A stretch of 63,684 nt of DNA, the filler included. It is 3 parts of 3 records of this genome, joined end to end, with 100 filler letters (N's around TTAATTAATTAA, not from the genome) between each part and the next. Parts side by side here need not be neighbours in the genome. Positions count along the whole stretch, not along the records: positions 1 to 26,787 come from SRR20825019_1991; positions 26,888 to 49,461 come from SRR20825019_1992; 1 more part is not named here. One strand, 5' to 3'. Position numbers and translations under genes: made by a program. The number at the start of each line of letters is the position of its first letter. Position 1 is the stretch's first letter. The notes below the pieces were generated by a model, which had not been told where the DNA came from, searched no databases, and saw only the letters and a program-made list of their open reading frames with translations. Below are positions 22,850 to 34,822 of the stretch, piece by piece.

Positions 22850-25288
22850 ATGGAACGCTCACCAGGCCTCTCGCCGGCAAAAGTGAAACAGATGGAGGAC
22901 GTCCTGGGGGCTGGTGTTGGAGCTCAGCTGGACCGCTCTCCGGGCCTCCGGGCACGGCCAGGTCGTGCCGCGGACGGCATTATGACGTCGTATGGAGGCG
23001 GGCTGGAGAGCGAGGCGGAGGTATTTGGGGCCCGACAAGTTGGGGATGGAAGCGACCCCGATGTGGACGACACTGCCTCCAAGGCGCGGGCCTCGCCGCC
23101 CCCCAGCCGCGCCCGCCTGTCCAGTCTAGTGATAGGTCATGATGACGAGGACCTGAGCCTAGTTCGGAGGAAGGAGCTATATGCGTGGCTCAGCTATGAG
23201 TGGGCCGCCGCGCCGTTCGTACGTTGGTGACTACAGTGTCACGGTGCCTGCTGACTCATTGTTATTCTAGGGAGCCTCGGTCCTGATGGCATATCTCGCC
23301 CCGTACGTCACAAACCTTGCCGAGGCGAGTGCCGACGATGACGGGATGGTGTACGTGCTGTTTCTGCGTAAGTGACCCCCCTCTAGTAGCGGACATGTCT
23401 CGGGGTATTGACTCGTCCCCAGCTGTCCATTACAAAAGCTACTACCAGTATTGCTCGAGCCTCTCCGTGGTGTGCCAGCTGGTGTTTTACATCTTGCTAT
23501 CGGGGGTGTCTGACTATGGCCACAACCGGAGGAATCTGTTGATCGCCTTCTCCTTTCTCTCTGCAATCGGCTGCCTGATGCTGTCGTGCGTGGTGACGGA
23601 GGTGTGGCAGGCCGCGGGCATCATTGCGATCGTGACGAATGTGCTGTACGGAAGCTCCTTCGTCATGTTCAATGCCTACCTGCCCGTCCTGGTCCGATCG
23701 CACCCGAGTATCGTTCGGGCGAGTACCCTGGGCTTCTCGTGTGGCGTTGATACCGATGATGACGGAGATGTGGAGGAGGGAAAGCTGGAGCAGGCGGCCA
23801 AGGCCCAGCGTACCTTGGCAGATGTGCCGGTATTTGTCGACGACGACTTTTTTGACGGCGATAAAGAAAAGGGAGCCGAGATTCCAGGGGCAGCGAAGGC
23901 ACCTGCTGGTCTCAGTGCCGTAGATGTGATAGCGGATCGGGGCGCCGAGATGCTGGGGACGACGGATGATGAACCCGCGGTGAATGTGCTGCACGTGGAT
24001 ATGACCCCGCCCGAGGGGGGGCGCCTTCAAGACGAGCCACCTACCGAAGATGAAGAAGGCAGCATTAGTGAGGATTCCGGCAATGACGGGGTTGGAAACA
24101 AGGCAGCGAAGGGCCCTAGGTCTAAGCGTGGTCGCACCAAGGTGACCACGGAGGATGTGGCGGTGGAGACGGGGAAAGGCGGCGTCAAGCGACGGCATCC
24201 CCTCGCGCCCAAAGAGTCTGTAGCACTGTGGGATGTGCAGCGCGAGATCGAGGCGAAGCTCTCGACGTATGCAGTCGTTGTGGCATTCTGTGGGGCATTC
24301 GTGATGCACATCATCACACTCTTCATCTTTCTGATTCTTGGCACGAACCCCATGCTCGCGTTCAGGGTCAATTTCATAATTGTCGCTGTTTGGTGGCTGC
24401 TTGGAATGCTGCCACTGATGTACCTCCGCCCACGCCCGGGCCCGCCGTCTCCGCCCCGTGCGTGGCTTCACGGTTTCACTCGTTCCCGGAAGACGCTTAG
24501 CCACTGGCGGCGCCTGCCCCAGACATTTCTATTCCTGGCAGCATTTTTCCTTTATTCCGATGGTTATACCACGGTCGCGAATGGGGCGTCAATGTTTGCA
24601 ACGGAGGAGGTGCTTATTTGTTCCAGGCGCAGCTTCATCATCTGACTTGTTTTTTTAGATCAAAATGCCTCTTATCTACCTCGCCATCCTTCAGTTGGTT
24701 GTTCAGTTAAGCGCGCTTGCCGGAAGTCTGATATTTCTCAAGCTGTCCAAGATTATTGTATGTTGACTATTACAAGCGGTCGCTTGACCCATTAACGTGT
24801 TCCGCTACAGGGTCCGCAGACAGTCGTTCTCATCAACATGGTCGGGCTCGGGTTCGCGCCAGCATATTCGGTCCTGGCACTGACCACCACATGGGAGTGC
24901 TTCGTTGTGGCCTTGATATATGCGTTCAACATAGGCAGCATCGTCTCATTCACCAGGGCCATATACTCCGCCATCATCCCCCCAGGGCGTGAGGCGGAGT
25001 TCTTCAGTTTCTACGCCATCACGGATCGTGGCACATCTTGGCTGGGTGAGAGAGGCGGGTGGTGGTTCATGGTGGCGGAGCGCTGACGAATCCGTAGGCC
25101 CGCTCGTGCTCGGGGTAGTGAATCAGGTGACAGGATCATTCCGCTGGGGCTTTTTCTCCATCATCATATTTTTTCTTGTGGGCGGGCCCCTCCTCTACAT
25201 GGTTGATATTCACAAGGCCAGAGAGCAGGCCCTGGCATTTGACAAGGAGCGACGGCCGGTCGGGAAATCCAAGGCCGAATCACAGTAA
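22850..25288 (+). CDS. ATG22: Atg22/UMF1-family MFS transporter, multi-exon
   Basis: KELYAWLSYEWA; SGVSDYGHNRR; FNAYLPVL; FLFLAAFFLYSDGYTTV; PPGREAEFFSFYAITDRGTSWLGPL. Confidence 0.88.
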
Positions 25289-25881
25289 TGAGCAAAGTTG
25301 GAATACGCCAACGGGGCACCTTCTGGGAGATGGCGGATCTAGCGTTGGTCAACCAAGTTAGAGGCCTGCCGGGGACTGCCCTCCGGGTCCACTAATTCCT
25401 CTCTCGGCACGGCAAACAGCACTTGGCCTACCCCATCGGTAAGCCCCATCGCATGACAACAACGCGTTCGTGAGAACATACCAGTGACATTGTACCGTGG
25501 CTTGCCTAGGTTGGGCACGGCGCCCGCGGCCCTCCTGCTGTGCAGGGTTAGTACAGTCCATGTCCCTGAAGCAGCAAACGCACCTCTGCCGGGAAGATGA
25601 GTCAGATTCGTTCCAGTCTGGCTTGCGGCGCCCAGGGCTCGACTGGGGTCGAAAAGCACGCCCCCGTGACAAAACCCTGGCCTCGCGTGCCGGTGCCGGC
25701 CCCGCGCTGGCCGGGCGGTGCGTAGTGGTTGATGCCGCCTTGCCACGCAGTGTTGCTGATAATGGTCGCGTGGGTGGAGCGGGGATGCGGACTTTGGGAT
25801 GGACCGTTTGCTTGATTCCTAGCAGCAGGCACTGCGGTCTCACGGCGTCGGACTGATAATTATCGGAGTGTGAATGCTCAA

Positions 25882-26450
25882 TCATGTGTCAACACTAATG
25901 TTGCTCACGTGGACCCGCCCAAATCGGTTCGGTGCATACATGCCCTCTCTTGCCGCCAGCCACGGGCGTTGGATCTCGTTGCGAATCTGCAGGGCCTTGA
26001 CGTCTTCGTCGAGCCAGGATATGTTGGTCTTGGCAGTGACTTGTACGCGGTCAGCAGCCCCTCTCCCATACCCAACATGCAACCACACTCACTATTCTCC
26101 CGGGCCTGTCGGCGCCGTGAAAGACCGAGCCGGGTCTTGTATACATCTTCATAAAACCTTACGCCCCCCTCCAGAGCCTGGTCCCGTCCGTGTCTGCACC
26201 AAAGCATGGGTGTTCTGCCTCTCGAATGACAACTCACCACCACCTACCTAAACCTACCGACATCCTCTTCATGGTCCAATACAACCTTGTAGTACGGCGG
26301 CGGGCGGCACTCACATGACTTTGGTCCGCGCGGACGGATGTTGAGGCAGTAGCAACAGACCGTGGGCACAAACCTGTCACGGCCCCCGCCACCCCCCCGC
26401 GGGACCCCTCTCCGCTGAAGTGAGTGGCGGTTGTTGTCAATACTGAGCAT
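25882..26450 (-). CDS. hypothetical Cys-cluster protein, multi-exon (ends uncertain)
   Basis: Exons joinable via GT-AG introns: ..VCCYCLNIRPRGPKSCEC..|TPMLWCRHG..|TAKTNISWLDEDVKALQIRNEIQRPW; GC island upstream. Confidence 0.4.
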
Positions 26451-26787
26451 GTGTCTGACTCTGCCTGCAACCTGTGGATTCGTGCAAGGTGACATGGTGA
26501 CATAGATCTAGTGGATCGCAGATGGTCAGGCTGCTAGGGCAGGTGGGGCCACAAAATGACCAGCTCACTACACCAGCCGCAACTGGGCGAAGTGAGCGGG
26601 CCGGGCTGAGCCATGTCAGTGTCGTCCTGCGCGGGTCGGCGGCGTGGCGATCGGGGGCCCGTCCGGACCCGGGCCGGGCGAGGACCCACCCCAAAGTTGA
26701 CGTCGCCGGCGGGGCGGCCGCGGCCGCAGCCAGGGCAGCGGTCACTCCGACTCCCCACCGGCCCCCCCCTCCCCCCCCCCCCGGCCC

Positions 26788-26887
26788 NNNNNNNNNNNNN
26801 NNNNNNNNNNNNNNNNNNNNNNNNNNNNNNNTTAATTAATTAANNNNNNNNNNNNNNNNNNNNNNNNNNNNNNNNNNNNNNNNNNNN
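26788..26887. other. artificial contig spacer N44-TTAATTAATTAA-N44
   Basis: All-frame stop linker; composition switches from eukaryotic GC-rich to bacterial AT-rich. Confidence 0.98.
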
Positions 26888-29746
26888 CATTTCAGCGATA
26901 TAAGACAACTCATTAATATTAATCGTAACAATTTCCTTATTCTTATTGTTTCTGAGTATGTATAAGATTAAGTTCATGAATCCCAAAATACACCCAATTC
27001 CAAGCGGTGCATAACTTGCCGTAATAATTGCCACATGGATCATCAACCAGTATGACTTCAAGACAGGTTGTAATGGTGTTATGTCTGGATCCATCAGGTT
27101 CATTTCTGTAACAAAGATCATGAAGAACGCAAGTACTGCTGTACCGGCCAATAACGCCGCATTTTTCCGAGAAAAGAAGAAACCAAACGCCATTGTTGCC
27201 CATGCGATGAACACAACGGCTTCATATCCGTTACTCCATGGTGCTCTACCAGTAATGTATCCACGCATGAAAACACCAGCGCCGTGATATACAAACACCA
27301 CTAGCATCAGCATTGAGACAACCTGCGAAATTCGCTTGTAGATTGGGTGAGGCTTGACAAAAATTCTGACAAAGAAAAAGATCATCAAAACGAAGCCAAG
27401 AGAAAGGTACATCATCCATGAATTTTTGAAGATGTCCATTTTATTATAGCGGACTTCCATATTTACTCCACTTGCTGTTGGCACAAACGTCCCTCCCACT
27501 TCTCTCTGGTACGCTTTTATTTTGTTCAGAGTATTGATTGCTTTTGCATAATTTCCTGATTGCGCAGCATCATCTACTTCACTAAAATAACTCACCAACA
27601 TCATAGAAGTTGCCGAGTCCAACTGCATTCCTCCATATTCAATCGGGTCAAACCACGTATTGTTTGGCGCTCCCTTCACAGGAATAATTCGCATTCGCTT
27701 CCATGTAAAAACCTCCCATGCAACTTGATACTTCTCTACAAGCTTAATTAATTGCTTCTCATACTCTCCACGACGCGACTCGAGCATTCGGTGAGCTCTC
27801 TTGTACTCATTTGCAAAAATAAACTCACCTGTACTTCGCACGGTTAAATCATTTAATGAAACGTACGATTGATCATTCAGTTTTTCACGTAAACCTCCTT
27901 TTGAAGAAACATAAATGAGTTTCTCGTCCAACCAGTGATCTGGGTACATGTGCATACTTAACACCGTTTGAACTGCATTGTATCCATTGTATTTCTTCCC
28001 TCGATGAACTTTACGGAGAACTTCATCACACATCGTGTGCATCGGAATGATTCTTCCATGAAAATCTTGTACAAGGAGCGTAGCTAATTCATTCGAATGC
28101 GCTTCTGTAATTACTTCAAAACGCGTCGCAACTGGTGCAGCTTGATCGTGATTGTGTCCGTCGTGTGCATGATGTCCCTCTGGAAGTACTTCCTCAGAAG
28201 GTTGTTCCATTTCGGCATGATTGTGTCCATCGTGCTCGTTATGCTCGTGATTATCAGCAACCTGAGCATTTATACCAAACGAAAGAGCAAGTACTAAAAT
28301 GGAAAGTAATTTGTTTCGTTTCTCCGCCAATTTTTTCAATTTACTATTCAACTCTCTAAATCGTCCATTTCTAACGAATAATGAAAGTAGCATCCCTATC
28401 GCCATAATTAAATATCCAATATATGTCGTAAGCGTACCAACCGCATCATAATTTACGCTAAGAATTGTACCTGTTTCATCCGGGAAATAGCTTGATTGGA
28501 AAAAGCGATATCCTCGGTAATCAGTCACATTATTCATAAAAACTCTTCGTCTATCTTCGTATCCATTTTCGGGATCGATAATGGAAATTTCACTAGCGAA
28601 GGAAGATGCGCTTTCGGAGCCTGGGTATCTGTCCAATTGGAAATCATGACATTGCACAGAAAACGGCAATTGGATTCTCTTAGATCCGTATTCCATTTCG
28701 TACGTGAGACCATTCAATTCAAAAACTTCCTTTTCCGGAATCGCCTGAATCCCGCCGCGTAATGTTACCAATTTAGATTTATCCCCATCCGTTAACTTAA
28801 GCGTTAGGTAATCTGCTCCTTCGTTCTTCTTTTCCGCTGGTATGAGTTTTTTTCCTGCGTTGCGCTTTAAATCTTTAAAGACAAACTGAACTTCTCCAAC
28901 AGCGTAGAGTGTCGCTTTTTCAAGGGGAATAAGGGTATCGTTCGGGATTTTTCGGTACAGTGAATCGGCAATTTGTGGATTTTCTCTGTCCATTTTTTGC
29001 AGTTCCGACATTGGTAATGCCGTTGCTCCCATAGCTGAGCGCATCAGAATTTTTCCTCCTTCACGCTCAAACTGGATTCCAGGCATCGCGTCGGACTTCT
29101 CAAAAGAAACCGCGAGTTCATCCCAAAATATAAAACCACCTTCGGTCACATACTCAGACTTTCCAGCTCTGATAAACTCCAAAGCTGAAGTTTTAATGGA
29201 TTTATCGATCACGAGGCTGTCGATCATATTTTTCTGAAAATCTACATACTCCACCTCCACTTCGTTCTTATGTCCAGGAAAGGATATATCATGATCAAAA
29301 CCATTCCATGCTTTAAACTCAGACATGTAGACTTTTTCATCATAAACGTATTGCATTTTTCCATTATTCACTCTCATCCAAACGTGCGGTTCTGATGAAA
29401 ATATATAATTCACTTCTCGTCCTTCTGGAATTTGCATTGAACCTTCGAAGCTCACGAATCGTGTGATTCCGGCCCCGATTAAAATGACAATAAAGGATAT
29501 ATGGAAAAGAAATGTCGCCCATTTCTTCTCTTCAATCATTCGGAATTTTACAATATTGACAATCAGGTTGGTTCCTAAGTACACCAAAAGCAATTCAAAC
29601 CAAAGTGCATTGTAGATGTACAATTTAGCTGTTTGCGTATCATATACTGACTCCATTAATGTTGCTGTACCGATCGCAGCAAGAAAGAGAAACAATCCAA
29701 GAGTCATCATACTCATGGAGAAAAATCGGCGCACAAAATTGTCCAT
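26888..29746 (-). CDS. ccsA: system II cytochrome c biogenesis protein (ResB-CcsA fusion), 3'-truncated by contig end
   Basis: FLFHISFIVILIGAGITR, FMNNVTDYRGYRFFQSSY, APWSNGYE, PLQPVLKSYWLMIHV. Confidence 0.92.
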
Positions 29747-29890
29747 AAAAGCTTTTTCTAAAACACGACAAATATAGTCATTTGTGACGGTCTAATTTCT
29801 CCAAAAAGCGTTAATATCCTTCTATAAAACTAGATGCTGTTGGATAAAACTCTGCTGTTCCCTAAAACAATTATTACTTTTAATGGTTCT

Positions 29891-30463
29891 ATGAAATCCT
29901 TACTGAGCTCCATAACTAAATGTGACACTTGTGCAGATCATTTGCCGCTTGGTCCCAGACCTGTCGTGAAATGCTCCGAGAACAGTCGGGTTTTAATCAT
30001 TGGGCAAGCTCCTGGTACTAAAGTTCATGCTTCGGGAATTCCTTGGGATGATCAGAGTGGAATTCAACTTCGGAAATGGTTAGACGTTGACACTGACGAT
30101 TTCTACGATACTTCTCAATTTGGCATTATGCCTATGGGGTTTTGTTATCCCGGAAGAGGAAAATCAGGCGATTTGCCACCAAGAAAAGAGTGTGCTCCAC
30201 AGTGGCACGCATCGCTCCTCGAAAAAATGCCTGATCTAGCGTTGATTCTTTTGATTGGAAAATATGCGCAGGATTACTATTTGGGAACAGAAAGCAATCA
30301 AACATTGACTGAAAATGTTCGCTCATACACCACTTTTTTGCCTCGTTACTTTGTTCTCCCGCATCCATCGCCAAGAAATGCTATCTGGCTTAAGAAAAAT
30401 CCGTGGTTCATTGACGATGTAATTCCAAGTTTAAGAGCTGAAGTAAAAAAGGGCTTGATTTAG
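29891..30463 (+). CDS. uracil-DNA glycosylase family protein
   Basis: IIGQAPG, MGFCYPG, PPRKECA, LPHPSPRN; second Met is the likelier start. Confidence 0.9.
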   Translation: MKSLLSSITKCDTCADHLPLGPRPVVKCSENSRVLIIGQAPGTKVHASGIPWDDQSGIQLRKWLDVDTDDFYDTSQFGIMPMGFCYPGRGKSGDLPPRKECAPQWHASLLEKMPDLALILLIGKYAQDYYLGTESNQTLTENVRSYTTFLPRYFVLPHPSPRNAIWLKKNPWFIDDVIPSLRAEVKKGLI

Positions 30464-31267
30464 TCACCACCAGACTACAAAAATCCTACTAAAAGAATGT
30501 TCTTTGTTTTTAATCCAAACGAGTGGAGAACGATTTATCGCAAGGTGCGTTTCTAGTTCCTTCAAAAAAACAGTACGTGACAACCATAAAACACCCGTGC
30601 ATTCACGTATCATCCATTGCTGTTTTGGAGGAATGAAAAATTGTTGATTTGAAAATTCTTCACTTCGGATTTGCTCACTTGTCAACCAATAACCATCCAC
30701 TGTTAATTGCGTCTTCTCCGAAAATCTCCACGGAACAAAACAGTTCGCCAAAAACAACAACTCTTGTTCCATCTTCTCGACTCTGAATCCTTGCTTCTCA
30801 AGATTTTTTTTGGTTACTGGATCCCACAAAAGCGGGAATTGCTTCTGTTCTAACTTCTCTAATTTTGAATGTAAATGATCCTTTCGATTCGGACCAATCC
30901 ACTTCTGAATCTCTTCGCCTTCTAAGCTCGGATCGAACAGATAAAACTTGTACACCAACTCCAAATGAACAATGCGCTCCTTTTCTTGAATGATAGCATC
31001 CAACTCACCAAGTGTGATTCCACTTTCTATGATCTGTATATTCTCAGCTTGAATTTTTCTTGAATCAAACCTTTTGAGATAAATTGAAAAAAAACGCTCA
31101 GCCTTCTTTCCAATAAGCATCGTATCTGTTATTTTCTCATCTGAAAAATTTGTGTTATTTTCATAGAACTGAGGGCTCCAATTGAAATCCTTCACTCCTA
31201 CTCGCTCACCTACTTTGAGTTGGTTAGAAGCTAAAAAACCGTTAAATTGATCCTGAATAGAGCACAT
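30464..31267 (-). CDS. DUF1853 family protein
   Basis: GKKAERFF, TLGELD, HLELVYKFYL, WIGPNRKD. Confidence 0.8.
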   Translation of the reverse strand: MCSIQDQFNGFLASNQLKVGERVGVKDFNWSPQFYENNTNFSDEKITDTMLIGKKAERFFSIYLKRFDSRKIQAENIQIIESGITLGELDAIIQEKERIVHLELVYKFYLFDPSLEGEEIQKWIGPNRKDHLHSKLEKLEQKQFPLLWDPVTKKNLEKQGFRVEKMEQELLFLANCFVPWRFSEKTQLTVDGYWLTSEQIRSEEFSNQQFFIPPKQQWMIRECTGVLWLSRTVFLKELETHLAINRSPLVWIKNKEHSFSRIFVVWW

Positions 31268-31351
31268 GACACTAATAATACTAAATTCCTTCCACCATTC
31301 TCAAATGATATGATTCCTTTAACTAACTTTAGTTTCAAATTTGCTAAATAA

Positions 31352-31882
31352 ATGAAGAAAATTATCGCTTTAGGAGCATCGAACAGTAGTACATCCATTA
31401 ATAAAAAGTTGGCAAGCTATGCCGCAAGCAAAATTCAAAATGCGGAAATTAATTTGCTAGACCTCAATGATTTTGAAATGCCGATGTTCGGAGTAGATAA
31501 GGAAAGAGAGAATGGAATTCCTGCTAAAGCGAAAGAATTCAAAAAACTAATTGAACATGCACATGGGATTATTATTTCATTTGCTGAGCACAATGGAAGT
31601 TATTCAGCGGCTTTCAAGAATTTAGTCGATTGGACTTCAAGACTTGAGGGTAAATTATGGATGGATACACCAATGCTTCTTATGGCAACATCTCCTGGCG
31701 GTCGTGGTGGCGCATCCGTTTTGAATCATGCAGTTAGCAGCTATCCCCATCTCGGAGCTCAAGTGATCGAATCATTTTCGCTTCCTTCTTTCAATTTAAA
31801 CTTTGAAAATGGAGCAATTATTGATAACGAATTGGCACAATCGTTGAATAAAAAAATCGAACTTTTCATCTCAAATCTATAG
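31352..31882 (+). CDS. NADPH-dependent FMN reductase
   Basis: ASNSSTSIN, AEHNGSYSAAFKN, ATSPGGRGG. Confidence 0.9.
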   Translation: MKKIIALGASNSSTSINKKLASYAASKIQNAEINLLDLNDFEMPMFGVDKERENGIPAKAKEFKKLIEHAHGIIISFAEHNGSYSAAFKNLVDWTSRLEGKLWMDTPMLLMATSPGGRGGASVLNHAVSSYPHLGAQVIESFSLPSFNLNFENGAIIDNELAQSLNKKIELFISNL

Positions 31883-31892
31883 AACACAATTT

Positions 31893-34766
31893 ATGAAAAA
31901 GGTTATCAAAAAGATTCTAAAATGGACAGGGATTACCCTGTTATTAGTGATCATCGCATTGATTTTAATCCCGATCTTCTTTAAAGACCAGATCAAGGAC
32001 TTGGTTATTAACGAGGTAAATAAAACGTTGACAGCAAAACTGAGCTTGCGCGACTTCGACCTTACGTTTATTAGTACATTTCCTAATATGACTGCGGTTC
32101 TCTACGACACCAAATTACAAGGAACGGACAAATTCAAGGATGTCACTTTAGCAGAAATTAAAGAAGTTCGTGCACATGTTGGTTTCTGGAGTATTGTTGG
32201 TGGAGATAAAATTGAAATTGACGAAATACATATTATAGAACCAAAATTCGACGTTCGTGTGCTACAAGATGGATTAGCGAACTATGATATAGTAAAACCT
32301 GACTCTGTTAAAACGCCAGAAGAAATTGAAGAACCTTCTAGTTTCAAATTGTCGCTGAAAGAATACAGTATTACCAATGCGACGATCAAGTACGATGATG
32401 ACGCATCTAACATGTCTTCTGAAATCGTTGGTCTTAATCATACTGGCAGTGGTGATTTAACCGCTGACGTAATCGACTTCTTAACAAAAACAACCATTGA
32501 GAAACTTTCATTTAATATGGAAGGTCTCAGTTATATGAGTCAAGTAAAAACTGATGCAACTATTAATCTTTTGATGGAATTCAAAGAAGCTTCTTCGAAA
32601 TTCACGCTGAAAGACAACTCCATTAAATTGAATGAATTAGGCTTTTCTATTGACGGATTCTACGAAATGCTTAACGGCTACGACAATATGGATCTGAAAC
32701 TGAACGCTTCTCAAGCTACATTTAAACAGTTTTTGTCCTTAATTCCAAGCTTTTATCATTCAGGATATGAAAGCATGGTTTCCTCTGGAACCTTAAAATT
32801 GAATGGCTTTGTTAAAGGTCGAATAGATGACAAAGCATTACCAGCTTGGGATTTCGGAGCGAAAATCGGCAACGCTTCAATCAACTACCCAGATCTCCCA
32901 GGAAAGATTTCCAATATTCAAGTCGACGCGAATTCAGCATTCCCTGGAGGAACTAACTTGGATAAAATGACCGCCGATGTGAAAAAGTTCCACGCCAACT
33001 TTGGGAAGAATGTCATTGACGGAAACTTAATGCTCCGATCTTTAATGACAGATCCATTTATTCAGTCTGCAATAACGGCGAATGTAGATTTATCGACCCT
33101 GAAAGACTTTGTTCCAATGGTTGAAGGAGAATCATACTCAGGAATCCTTGATGCTGACATCAATGTAAAAGGTAAGATGAGTACTTTGGAAAAAGAAGAT
33201 TACGAATCATTTACCGCAGAAGGAAACTTGTTGATCTCAGACATGATTTACAAATCCCCAGATCTTCCCCAAAGCGTAGAAATTTCCAAAATGGGATTTG
33301 CGTTTTCTCCAAAAAACTTGTCTCTCACAGAACTGAAGGCGAAAACAGGGAAATCTGATTTCGAAGCAAGTGGAAGAATCGACAATTATTTTGGTTACTT
33401 ACTTCGCGATGAGATTCTAAAAGGCGCATTTGTTCTCAATAGCAACTATTTGGACTTGGATGAATTAATGAATCTAGGATCTACCGAAGGAACGGCAGCT
33501 GCAACTCCAGCGACTCCAGCAGAGCCAGCGTCAACATCAGGATCGGAAGAACCGTTACTAATGCCTGGAAATGTTGATTTTCAATTGACAACAAACATTC
33601 AGAAAGCTCGCTACAACGGAATAGATGTCCAAAATATTACTGGTCAAGTAATTCTTAAAGATGAAATCGCGCAGTTAAACGATTTGAATCTGAAAGCAAT
33701 GGGTGGATCAATTGGACTAAAAGGTAGTTACAACACTCAAAATCATAAGACTCCAAAATTGGATTTCGCTTATAAATTAAAGGAGATTGACATTCACGAA
33801 TTGGCGACCAACTTCATAACGGTAGAAAAACTTGCACCAATTACGAAATACGCACGTGGAAAAATCTCTTCTGAATTAACGATGAAATCGGATTTAACAG
33901 CTTCGTTTGAACCAATTTTAAGCTCGCTTACGAGTTTCGGTGATATTCGATCAAGCAGTTTGAAAATTGAAGGATTCGAACTTTTTGATAAAATTGCGAA
34001 TACTACGAAGATTGCAAATATCTCAAATCAAACACTGAAGGATTTCTACACTATTTTCAAAGTGAAAGATGGTAAAATTGAACTTTCTCCTTTCAATACA
34101 ATGTTAGGTAAGAAAATCAATACGAACATTTCAGGATTTACAACCCTCGATCAAAAAATGGACTACACCATGAAAATGGATGTTCCGAAAGAGGAAATTC
34201 CAAAAGAAATGATTGCTTTGGTAGAACAAGCCATGAGTAAGTTAAATTCAATTTCTCCAAAACTTAATGTAGGAGGATTACCAGCAATGATTCCTGTAAA
34301 CGTGTTTGTAAAAGGAGATGCGAAAAAGCCACAGATCACCACAGACTTTAAAGAATCTATCTTAAAAGCAACGGGGAACTTCAAAGACGAATTAATCAAC
34401 AATATTAAGGAAACGGCAAAAGATACTGTAAAAGCGATTGTTGGTGAAAAAATCAAAGAAGTAAAAGAAGATTTCACTGCGAAGAAAGCTCAAATTATGG
34501 CGGACGCTAAAAAAGAAGCTGATAAAATACGGGCATCTGCTAAAAAAGCAAATGATGATGCGAAGAAAGAAGCAGATCGACTGTACAATGAAGGTGTCGC
34601 TGCTGCGGGATCAAATCCATTGAAGAAAAAAGCTGCTGAAGTTGCAGGAAGTAAAGTGCGCGATGAGGCATACAAAAAAGCCGATCAAGCCGAAGCCGAA
34701 GCAAATAAGAAAGCTGATGGTATCATGCAAAAAGCACAAGAACGAGCAGATGCTTTAGGTAACTAG
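31893..34766 (+). CDS. AsmA family protein
   Basis: N-terminal TM anchor, DGLANYDI motif, long beta-rich body, helical C-tail. Confidence 0.85.
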   Translation: MKKVIKKILKWTGITLLLVIIALILIPIFFKDQIKDLVINEVNKTLTAKLSLRDFDLTFISTFPNMTAVLYDTKLQGTDKFKDVTLAEIKEVRAHVGFWSIVGGDKIEIDEIHIIEPKFDVRVLQDGLANYDIVKPDSVKTPEEIEEPSSFKLSLKEYSITNATIKYDDDASNMSSEIVGLNHTGSGDLTADVIDFLTKTTIEKLSFNMEGLSYMSQVKTDATINLLMEFKEASSKFTLKDNSIKLNELGFSIDGFYEMLNGYDNMDLKLNASQATFKQFLSLIPSFYHSGYESMVSSGTLKLNGFVKGRIDDKALPAWDFGAKIGNASINYPDLPGKISNIQVDANSAFPGGTNLDKMTADVKKFHANFGKNVIDGNLMLRSLMTDPFIQSAITANVDLSTLKDFVPMVEGESYSGILDADINVKGKMSTLEKEDYESFTAEGNLLISDMIYKSPDLPQSVEISKMGFAFSPKNLSLTELKAKTGKSDFEASGRIDNYFGYLLRDEILKGAFVLNSNYLDLDELMNLGSTEGTAAATPATPAEPASTSGSEEPLLMPGNVDFQLTTNIQKARYNGIDVQNITGQVILKDEIAQLNDLNLKAMGGSIGLKGSYNTQNHKTPKLDFAYKLKEIDIHELATNFITVEKLAPITKYARGKISSELTMKSDLTASFEPILSSLTSFGDIRSSSLKIEGFELFDKIANTTKIANISNQTLKDFYTIFKVKDGKIELSPFNTMLGKKINTNISGFTTLDQKMDYTMKMDVPKEEIPKEMIALVEQAMSKLNSISPKLNVGGLPAMIPVNVFVKGDAKKPQITTDFKESILKATGNFKDELINNIKETAKDTVKAIVGEKIKEVKEDFTAKKAQIMADAKKEADKIRASAKKANDDAKKEADRLYNEGVAAAGSNPLKKKAAEVAGSKVRDEAYKKADQAEAEANKKADGIMQKAQERADALGN

Positions 34767-34789
34767 ACTGCTTTCAATAACAGATTTAT

Positions 34790-34822
34790 GCGGTTGTATC
34801 TTATGGATGCAACCGCTTTTTT
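34790..34822 (+). terminator. intrinsic terminator
   Basis: GCGGTTGTATC-ttatg-GATGCAACCGC followed by a T run. Confidence 0.85.

Noticed and set aside
26788-26887. TTAATTAATTAA as a biological repeat, or a eukaryote-bacterium HGT junction
   Set aside because: Identical N-padded linker occurs twice and stops all six frames, so it is an assembly concatenation artefact
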